Part shown: in pieces, positions 55,854 through 63,289 of the stretch
How the letters are laid out: each line of letters begins with the position of its first letter
Position numbering within the stretch: the stretch's first letter is position 1
DNA from: Actinomycetota bacterium
GTDB lineage: Bacteria > Actinomycetota > Actinomycetes > S36-B12
Assembly: GCA_030681835.1 (NCBI GenBank)
Contig: JAUXRN010000032.1
Span: 2,487-66,486 of the forward strand
Direction: 5' to 3'
Length of the DNA stretch: 64,000 bases
Translations under genes and position numbers: made by a program
Notes under the pieces: generated by a model
What the model saw: only the letters and a program-made list of their open reading frames with translations
Told to the model about the DNA's origin: nothing
Databases searched by the model: none

Positions 55854-56389
55854 GCCATGCTGTCGACCAGTTCCTGAGGGCGGTCGTGACCGACCAGTCC
55901 TGGGTGTTCCCCGAGGTCCCAGGCCGAGACCTGCTGATACATGAGTACCTGCTGCCGGGAGAGTTCCCGGCGAAGGTCAGCATCACGATCATCGCCTTCA
56001 AGCAATGGCAGCAAGGCCAGGTCGACGCGTGGATCAGCAGGATTGCGCAGGAGGGGATCCCGCAGACGCCTCACGGGTGCACCGACCTCGACCAGGTGAT
56101 CCTCGAGTTGCCGGTCATATCGGGGCGCTATCAGGTCGTCCGCCGGTTCATCGATGGCGGCATGGCTGCCAGCATCCGGGACCCTGAGGTCCTCGCACGG
56201 ACCATCACGCTGTACGGCTCTGTGGATCGCTTCTGCTCGCCGCTGGGAATCTCGTCTCGCGAGGACGTCTCCGTTCGGGTCGTCCGGCGCGATGGCTCAG
56301 TGGTGTGGGGAACCACAGGGCGCGTCAGCGAGCCGGGCATCGTGGACCTGCTCGTGGCACTGGGAGGGATCGATCCCTCGGCGCAGTGA
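55850..56389 (+). CDS. hypothetical protein (179 aa) translationally coupled to heliorhodopsin
   Basis: The GTG at 55850 overlaps the heliorhodopsin TGA (GTGA). GC3 is high throughout. It has no TM segment or signal peptide. Family not recognised; there is a vague thioredoxin-fold/ATP10-like feel (ITIIAFKQW...VRVVRRDGSVVWGTTG). Confidence 0.6.
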   Translation: MSHAVDQFLRAVVTDQSWVFPEVPGRDLLIHEYLLPGEFPAKVSITIIAFKQWQQGQVDAWISRIAQEGIPQTPHGCTDLDQVILELPVISGRYQVVRRFIDGGMAASIRDPEVLARTITLYGSVDRFCSPLGISSREDVSVRVVRRDGSVVWGTTGRVSEPGIVDLLVALGGIDPSAQ

Positions 56390-56412
56390 TCGGAGCGGGT
56401 ACTGCCCTGTGC

Positions 56413-56853
56413 TCAGGTGGCGGCGAGTCGTGCGGCCAGGCGGGTGATCGACGTCTGGAATCCCTTGCGGGCGGCAGCCGCAACGGGCCGTGCAAGAAAC
56501 TGGGGCACTCCGGGAACGCGAATGTCCTCGACCCAGGTGAGGCGTGAGGTGGAGTCACCGGTCGAGGCGACCGACAGGTGGACCTGCCCGGTCAGCACGG
56601 GGCCGATCTTCGTGATGCGCACGGTCATCGCCGCTGGATCGAGTTCGTCGACGCGCATGCGGTCCGGCAGGGCAAGGGGCCCGATACCTGAAGTGGCGAC
56701 AAACTCGGTGCCTGGCCCACCGTCGCCGGAGATGACCTTCACCCGGGTCAGGGGCACCCAATTTGCGTGGCCTCTCCAGTCGATCAGCTCGCCGAAGACG
56801 ACATCGGCAGGCAGTGGCAAGTCACGTATGACCGTGAAGCAGACACTCGCCAT
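56413..56853 (-). CDS. SRPBCC (polyketide cyclase/dehydrase-like) family protein
   Basis: 146 aa with the typical pattern V...L..W..W.P.... Confidence 0.7.
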   Translation of the reverse strand: MASVCFTVIRDLPLPADVVFGELIDWRGHANWVPLTRVKVISGDGGPGTEFVATSGIGPLALPDRMRVDELDPAAMTVRITKIGPVLTGQVHLSVASTGDSTSRLTWVEDIRVPGVPQFLARPVAAAARKGFQTSITRLAARLAAT

Positions 56854-56903
56854 GAGATTGATCCTTCGTTTCGTTGTTGCGCCGTCCGTCCGTCCGTGCT
56901 TCC

Positions 56904-57284
56904 CTAGCCGTCGACGATGACCTCACCGTCTCTCACCGATGCGGGCAGGACGGTCAAGGGCGCCGGCGACTTGCCCATCGCGATGAGCCGACGCGACCAC
57001 GTGGGGGCCTTCAAGCCGGCGAAGCCCGGAGTCCAATCCAGGTTCTGCCCCGAGCAGACGTCGAAGCTCGAGTTGTGCCACGGACAGGTGATGACCCCGT
57101 TGTCATAGCCTCCCCGCGGACCTCGGCTCAGACTGAGCCCGGCATGGGGGCACCTGTCCCTCACCACGCAGACCTCGTCGGGGGACTGGGACCGGCGGAC
57201 CACGAGATACGCGTCGCCGTCAATGGTGACTTGCGTGGGCTCGTCCACGGCGAAATCGGTGAGCAGACCCAGTGACGTTGGCAC
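56904..57284 (-). CDS. Rieske [2Fe-2S] domain protein
   Basis: CPH (RDRCPHAG) and CPWH (ITCPWHNSSF) ligand boxes. Start proposed at GTG 57284. The upstream part of the raw ORF overlaps the photolyase promoter and start. Confidence 0.7.
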   Translation of the reverse strand: MPTSLGLLTDFAVDEPTQVTIDGDAYLVVRRSQSPDEVCVVRDRCPHAGLSLSRGPRGGYDNGVITCPWHNSSFDVCSGQNLDWTPGFAGLKAPTWSRRLIAMGKSPAPLTVLPASVRDGEVIVDG

Positions 57285-57341
57285 ACGGCCACAGTACGCG
57301 TTGCCGACGGGCTCGCACGCTGGGCGGCGGGCGGGGGAGGG

Positions 57342-58835
57342 ATGCGATTGACTGGGGTCGTGACGAGGCGCTGGCTGTTCGGCGACCAGCTCGGCCCGCA
57401 CTTCCTGGACGACCACGACCAGCCGGTGCTGATGATTGAGTCACGCGAGGTGTTTGCCCGTCGCAGGTTCCATCGAGCGAAGGCCCACCTGGTGCTTTCG
57501 GCAATGCGCCATCGGGCGGCGGAGCTGGGCGAGCAGTGCGTGTATGTGCGGGCCGCCAACTACACGGTGGCGCTGGACCGCATTGGTGAGCCGCTGAGCG
57601 TGTGCCACCCGACGTCCCGTTCGGCCCTCACGTTCGTCCTGGGGCATGGCGACATCGACATCCTGCCGGCGCGTGGCTTCGCGACGTCAGCTGATGACTT
57701 CGCACGCTGGGTGCAGTCCCGCGGGCGCAGGCGACTGCTGATGGAGGACTTCTACCGAGACTCGCGACGTCGGCTCCGAGTGTTGATGGATGGCGAGGAG
57801 CCAGTCGGGGGCCGCTGGAACTTCGACGCCGACAACCGGGAGCCACCACCCCGTTCGTCATCGCTCGGCGTTGCCGAGCCGGCATGGCCCGTGGAGGACG
57901 AGATCGATCAGGAGGTGCGCGACGACCTGGATCGGTGGCAGCGCGATGGGCACGTGAGGTTTCTGGGCGTGGACGGACCTCGGCGTTTCGGCGTCACCCG
58001 CGATGAGGCGCTGGCCATTCTCGACCGCTTCATCACCCATCGCCTACCCAAGTTCGGCCCGCACGAGGACGCAATGCTGTCCGGTGATCCCTGGATGGCG
58101 CACTCGATGCTGTCGGCGCCGATGAACCTGGGCCTGCTCGAGCCCGTTGAGGTCGTCGCGCGGGCCGAGGGTGCCTATCGGCGTGGCGAGGCCCCGCTGG
58201 GGTCCGTTGAGGGGTTCATCCGGCAGGTCCTGGGCTGGCGCGACTTCGTCTGGCACCTGTACTGGCATCTGCCGGCGTCGTACCGCGACCTCAATGAGCT
58301 CCGCGCGACGGAGCCCCTGCCGGACTGGTTCGCCGAACTCGACGCGGGCTCAGTCGATGCGGCCTGCCTGTCCGGGATCCTTGCCGACGTGCGCGATCAC
58401 GGCTGGGTGCACCACATCCCGCGGCTGATGGTGTTGGGCAACTACGCAATGCAGCGCGGGTGGGACCCAGCGCAGGTCACTGACTGGTTCCATCGCGCGT
58501 TCGTCGACGGGTACGACTGGGTGATGGTGCCCAACGTGGTCGGGATGTCGCAGTATGCCGACGGCGGCATCCTGGCGACCAAGCCGTACGCCGCCGGGGG
58601 CGCCTACATCAACCGGATGGGCGACTATTGCCGTGGCTGCCGCTATGACCCCCGCACGAGGGTCGGGGACGACGCCTGCCCGTTCACAGCGGGCTACTGG
58701 TCCTTCTTGCACCGCAACCGTGAACTCCTCGCCGGCAACGCACGCCTGGCCCAGCCACTGAGCGGACTGGCCCGACTCAACGACCTCGAGGAAGTCCTCG
58801 CTCAGGAGTCCGCGCGCGGGTCCTCTGCTCCCTGA
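57342..58835 (+). CDS. FeS-BCP cryptochrome/photolyase family protein (PhrB/CryB-like, bacterial (6-4) photolyase type)
   Basis: Colinear with Agrobacterium PhrB as recalled: GDQLGP, SAMRH, PVGGRWNFDADNREPP, VEGFIRQVLGWRDF, HHIPRLMVLGN, PNVVGMSQYADGG, and the Fe-S Cys cluster CRGCRYDP...DACPF. Confidence 0.9.
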   Translation: MRLTGVVTRRWLFGDQLGPHFLDDHDQPVLMIESREVFARRRFHRAKAHLVLSAMRHRAAELGEQCVYVRAANYTVALDRIGEPLSVCHPTSRSALTFVLGHGDIDILPARGFATSADDFARWVQSRGRRRLLMEDFYRDSRRRLRVLMDGEEPVGGRWNFDADNREPPPRSSSLGVAEPAWPVEDEIDQEVRDDLDRWQRDGHVRFLGVDGPRRFGVTRDEALAILDRFITHRLPKFGPHEDAMLSGDPWMAHSMLSAPMNLGLLEPVEVVARAEGAYRRGEAPLGSVEGFIRQVLGWRDFVWHLYWHLPASYRDLNELRATEPLPDWFAELDAGSVDAACLSGILADVRDHGWVHHIPRLMVLGNYAMQRGWDPAQVTDWFHRAFVDGYDWVMVPNVVGMSQYADGGILATKPYAAGGAYINRMGDYCRGCRYDPRTRVGDDACPFTAGYWSFLHRNRELLAGNARLAQPLSGLARLNDLEEVLAQESARGSSAP

Positions 58836-60112
58836 AATGGCTGTGGCCCACGGGCGGCGCCGAGAGCTCCGTCGAGGACGGCGCGGAAGTCGATGGTGGC
58901 GGAGATGCTGGTGAGCAGGGCGAGCATCCCGGTGACTGCTCGATGCTCCAGCAGCAGGCCCGGCGGGAAGGTCAACTTGCCGACGTTCTGCAATGACGCT
59001 GCCGGGTCGGACCAGCCATCGGCGCGCCCGGTCATCCACTCGGACGTGAACTGGAACTCCTCCTGCTCGTAAGGCGTGAGGTCGATCGCCAGAAGTGCCA
59101 CGAGTTCCTCCGCCGTCGTGGAGTCGACGAGCATTCCCGCGTCCAGCCACATCTGTCGCAGGCCGTCGAGGTCATCGGCGGCGGCGTACTCGAACGTCCG
59201 CACGAAGAGGTCGGTGAATGCGCGGGCGGGATGCCCGACCGAGCCGAAGTCCAGGACGCCGAGGGAGCCGTCGTCGAGCAGGCGGTAGTTGCCCGGATGC
59301 GGGTCGGCATGGATGGCTCCCACGAGGTGCGCGGACCACAACGTGAACCGAGCGAGGCCCCGGCCCGCTGCATCGCGTTGCTCCTCTGGGGCATCGGCGA
59401 GGCTTGAGTACGGAATGCCCGGGAGCCATTCGGTCACGAGCAGCGTGGGCTCGGCGAACAGGACCCTCGGGATCGTGACCACGCCCGGGTGCACCTCGCT
59501 CCACGCCTTGCGGAAGGTCTCCTGCCAGCGAGCCTCGCGCGTGTAGTCGAGTTCCTCCCACAATCGCTCCGCGTGCTCGTCGAGCAGGGCCTTCACGTCC
59601 AATGTCGGGAGCAGCCGGTGGATAAGGGGGATGAAGGTCCGCAACTGCAGCAAGTCCGCGCGGACGATGCGGTGGGCGTCGGGGTACTGGATCTTCACGG
59701 CAATGGGAGTTCCGTCTGGCCACGTCCCGGCATGCACCTGGCCGAGGCTGGCGGCGGCGATCGCATCCGGCTCGATGTGGGTGCCGGGCGGGAGCCCCAC
59801 GACGAGGGCCTCGACCTTGGACCACGGACGCGGTCGCGCGTTCTCATACAGGCGTCCGAGCGAGGCCAGCATGGCCGCCTGCTCCGGCGGGAGGGTGGAG
59901 GAGAAGAGCGCCAGGATCTGGCCGAACTTCAGGGCGGGACCCCGCGCCTTCGCCAGTGCGCTGGTGAGGGACTCCACCGATGCCTGCATCGCATTGCCGT
60001 ACGCGGCGTCGCGATCGGCTCCAAAGGCGGTCGCCGTCGCGGCTGAGGCGAAGCGGGCACCTGACTTCACCGGGACAGCAGCGAGCGAGGCCGCGCGAGC
60101 AAATAGCCCCAT
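58802..60112 (-). CDS. ABC1/UbiB/AarF-family atypical protein kinase
   Basis: LKFGQILA...AAASLGQVH...AVKIQYP...HADPHPGN...LDFG. Start at MGLFAR, 6 nt after AGGAGA. Confidence 0.85.
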   Translation of the reverse strand: MGLFARAASLAAVPVKSGARFASAATATAFGADRDAAYGNAMQASVESLTSALAKARGPALKFGQILALFSSTLPPEQAAMLASLGRLYENARPRPWSKVEALVVGLPPGTHIEPDAIAAASLGQVHAGTWPDGTPIAVKIQYPDAHRIVRADLLQLRTFIPLIHRLLPTLDVKALLDEHAERLWEELDYTREARWQETFRKAWSEVHPGVVTIPRVLFAEPTLLVTEWLPGIPYSSLADAPEEQRDAAGRGLARFTLWSAHLVGAIHADPHPGNYRLLDDGSLGVLDFGSVGHPARAFTDLFVRTFEYAAADDLDGLRQMWLDAGMLVDSTTAEELVALLAIDLTPYEQEEFQFTSEWMTGRADGWSDPAASLQNVGKLTFPPGLLLEHRAVTGMLALLTSISATIDFRAVLDGALGAARGPQPFQGAEDPRADS

Positions 60113-60282
60113 CGGCATTCTCCTAGCGTTCAGTTCACGGCAACGGTGTCCTCCGCAGCACCAGTCTGCCTGTTCCCGGATCGAGCGCCGAATCGGTCTC
60201 GGGGGCTGTATCTGAACATGGTTAGGCAAGCATGACTTGTGTGACAGCATGGCGTCGCACGCGGTACCCAAGGAGGGCCCGG

Positions 60283-61314
60283 ATGAGCGTTGCACGCAAG
60301 GGCCTGATCGCCGGCCTGTGCGTCGTCCTCCTGGGACTGGCACCCTCGACAGCGCTCGCAGACGACGCCGACGTGCAGACCCAGGCGGCCAAGGAGCCGG
60401 TCACGGTCTCCATCCCCATACGCACGATCAACACCCCCGGTCGATCCGGGCAGAACGGCATCGTGGAGATCCGGGTAGGCAGGTCGGCCCCCATGGCGGT
60501 CATGCTGGACACCGGGTCGGTGGGGCTGCGGCTGTGGGGAGGCCGGCCAGCCGGCGCCGCGCTGTCGTCGACAGCCGTGTCGTCGCAACTGGACGGTGCG
60601 AGCGTCAGCGGCCTTCTCGGCAAGGCGCGCATGGCGCTGGGCGGCGTGACCACGACTCTGGCTGTCCCCTTCCAGTACATCAACACGGACAGCGCCTACA
60701 TCCAGCAGTGGAAGGACCGCGGCATCGTCGGCATCCTCGGCGTCGGCGTGGGAAGCGGAGCACTCACGAACCCGCTCGTGGCCCTGCCGGGTGTCCTGGG
60801 GCTCCGGTGGAGCGTGCACTTCGCCCGAGGCGCGGGCGATGGCGCGGGCCGAATGGGGGCGCTCGTCCTCGGTGCCGAGCCGGACCCTTCGTCGCTCATG
60901 CACTTCACGCTCCCCTTCCTTGGGGAGAACGTGAATGGCGCCCGGCTATGGGATGACCACGCAGCCGACGGTTGCTGGACGTTCGGCACGATGCGCGAGC
61001 AGTGCGTACCCACATGGTTCGACTCCGGGTTCACCACCATGCGGATCAAGGGCACGATCTTCTCGCGACTGCCCACTGCCAAGTCCGGACTTCTGCGCCT
61101 TGGCACGCGCGTGCGCCTTGCCGCGGGCTCCAGCGCCTTCATCGGGCATCGTTTCGTGGCGGGCCGTTCCGGCTCGCAGAACCTCGCCCGGGTGTTCCCC
61201 CGGGGGCGTGCGGGGATCAACACGGGCAACTCGTTCTACTTCGACTACACCGTCACGTACGACGTGGCGACCGGCGACATCTACCTGAGTGAACCCGCCC
61301 GGAAGGGTCGCTGA
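60283..61314 (+). CDS. secreted bilobal aspartic-protease-like (pepsin-fold) protein
   Basis: It has a signal peptide (ALA-DD). The first lobe has VMLDTGSVGLRLWG, a GIVGILGVG motif and GALVLGAEPD. The second lobe has WFDSGFTTMRI, 171 aa after the first Asp. An RBS (AAGGAGGG) is present. Confidence 0.6.
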   Translation: MSVARKGLIAGLCVVLLGLAPSTALADDADVQTQAAKEPVTVSIPIRTINTPGRSGQNGIVEIRVGRSAPMAVMLDTGSVGLRLWGGRPAGAALSSTAVSSQLDGASVSGLLGKARMALGGVTTTLAVPFQYINTDSAYIQQWKDRGIVGILGVGVGSGALTNPLVALPGVLGLRWSVHFARGAGDGAGRMGALVLGAEPDPSSLMHFTLPFLGENVNGARLWDDHAADGCWTFGTMREQCVPTWFDSGFTTMRIKGTIFSRLPTAKSGLLRLGTRVRLAAGSSAFIGHRFVAGRSGSQNLARVFPRGRAGINTGNSFYFDYTVTYDVATGDIYLSEPARKGR

Positions 61315-61318
61315 CGCC

Positions 61319-63283
61319 ATGGCGCAAGGCACGGGAAGCCAGCTGGGCCTGAACCGGCGGCGACTGCTACAGGCGGCGGGGATTGCCGGAGTCGCCGCAG
61401 CGGGCCTGGCGGCTACGGGCGGACCGGCCCATGCGGCCCCAGTCGCCCCATTCAAGCCCCGCGGCCGGCTGCGCCGCCGCCCCAACTTCCTCATCGTCAT
61501 GATGGACGAGCAGCGGACCGCGCCGTTCTACGAGAGCGCGGAGCTCCAGGCCTGGCGGCTGGCGAACCTGCCTTCCCAGAACTTCCTGCGCCGCCACAGC
61601 CTCGAGTTCACCCATCACCACGTGATGTCGGTGGCCTGCCAGCCGAGCCGTGCCTCCATCTACACCGGCCAGTACCCCTCCCTGCACGGGATCGCCCAGA
61701 CCTCGGGGGCGGCGAAGACGGCCATCGAGCAGGACCTCTTCTGGCTCGATCCGACGACCGTCCCGACCTTGGGGTCCTGGTTCCGCACTGCGGGCTACGA
61801 CACCTACTGGAAGGGCAAGTGGCATATCTCGGACGCCGACCTCTACCAGCCGGGCAGCTACAACCCCGTCCCGTCATACAACGACATCGGCGGGCGTGAC
61901 CGCTACCTGGAGGACATCTACCTCGAGTCCGAGCGATTGGAGAGGTACGGGTTCACGGGGTTCATCGGACCGGAGCCGCACGGCAGCAATCCGCTGAACT
62001 CCGGATCGTCGGGACCGGGCGGCAGGGGCCGCGACGAGGTGTATGCGCAGCTCGGGGTCGAGCAACTGCAGCACCTTCGGGCATCGAGCAATCCGTGGCT
62101 CCTCGTCACGTCGTTCGTCAACCCGCACGACATCACGCTGTGGGGGAGCCTGGCGCTGGCCGGGGACCTCTCCGGGGCGCAGGGGTCCTTCTACCTCGCC
62201 GAACAGCTGGTGGGCTCGAACGTGCCGCGCAATCTGTTCGGGCCGGCGTACAACCAGTCGGCGAACGAGGACCTCAGCACGAAGCCCGTGGCGCAGAAGA
62301 GCTTCGTCGCGCAGTACCCGAAGGCGTTCCAGCCGCTGCGCAACGACATGGAGTACCACCGCTTCTACTACCAGCTGCAGAAGAACGTGGACGAGCAGAT
62401 CGGCAAGGTGATCGACGCGCTGACGGATGACCGGAAGCAGTACCGCGACACCATCATCATCTACCTGTCCGATCACGGTGAGATGCTCGGAGCGCACGGC
62501 GGGATGTACCAGAAGTGGCATGCCGCGTACGACGAGATGCTGCGGGTGCCGTTCGTGTTCCACAATCCCGAGCTGTTCCCAGCCCATGAGACCAGCGACA
62601 TCCTCACCAGCCACGCCGACCTGATCCCGACCATGCTCGGCCTCGCAGGGCTCGACGAGGACGTGCTGGGCAAGCAGTTGCGCGAGACGCACACCCAGGT
62701 CCGGCGACTGGTCGGGAACGACCTGTCCGGCATCCTCCTCGGGGAGGAGGACGGTTCCCGGTTCGACGCGAGCCCGGTGTACTTCATGACCGACGACCAG
62801 CCCTTCAAGGGCGCGAACGCGGTATCCATCCTCGGCCTGCAGTACCAGCCCGTTGACCAGCCGAACTGCGTCGAGACCGTGGTCGCCTACCTGCCTACGG
62901 GTCCGGCGGGTGCCAACCATCGCTGGAAGTACTCCCGCTACTGGGACAACCCGCAGTTCTGGACCACGCCCAACGTGCAGGACGTGCAGACGTTCATCCC
63001 GGGGCCTGTCAACCAGCCGGGCAACAAGGTCGCGCAGACGACGGTGAAGGCGATGAACCCAACCGGCGGCCAGGTGGCGCCGCCAGCGGACCAGTTCGAG
63101 CTGTACAACGCGTCCGTTGATCCCGCCGAGTTGACGAACCTCTATGGCAACCCCGAGTACGCAGCGACCCAGCAGGTCATGGCAAAGCTGCTCCAGGCAC
63201 AGCGCAACGCGAAGCGGCTGGCGCCTGTGCAGGAACCGTGGGCAGACGGATCCGCGCAGCAGTTCCCGTTCACGCCGAGCTGA
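61319..63283 (+). CDS. Tat-exported sulfatase (Cys-type, formylglycine-dependent)
   Basis: Twin-arginine signal NRRRLLQAAGIAGVAAAGLAA..AHA, PNFLIVMMDEQR, CxPxR motif (CQPSRASIYTGQ), SDHGEMLG. Confidence 0.85.
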   Translation: MAQGTGSQLGLNRRRLLQAAGIAGVAAAGLAATGGPAHAAPVAPFKPRGRLRRRPNFLIVMMDEQRTAPFYESAELQAWRLANLPSQNFLRRHSLEFTHHHVMSVACQPSRASIYTGQYPSLHGIAQTSGAAKTAIEQDLFWLDPTTVPTLGSWFRTAGYDTYWKGKWHISDADLYQPGSYNPVPSYNDIGGRDRYLEDIYLESERLERYGFTGFIGPEPHGSNPLNSGSSGPGGRGRDEVYAQLGVEQLQHLRASSNPWLLVTSFVNPHDITLWGSLALAGDLSGAQGSFYLAEQLVGSNVPRNLFGPAYNQSANEDLSTKPVAQKSFVAQYPKAFQPLRNDMEYHRFYYQLQKNVDEQIGKVIDALTDDRKQYRDTIIIYLSDHGEMLGAHGGMYQKWHAAYDEMLRVPFVFHNPELFPAHETSDILTSHADLIPTMLGLAGLDEDVLGKQLRETHTQVRRLVGNDLSGILLGEEDGSRFDASPVYFMTDDQPFKGANAVSILGLQYQPVDQPNCVETVVAYLPTGPAGANHRWKYSRYWDNPQFWTTPNVQDVQTFIPGPVNQPGNKVAQTTVKAMNPTGGQVAPPADQFELYNASVDPAELTNLYGNPEYAATQQVMAKLLQAQRNAKRLAPVQEPWADGSAQQFPFTPS

Positions 63284-63289
63284 CCGGCC

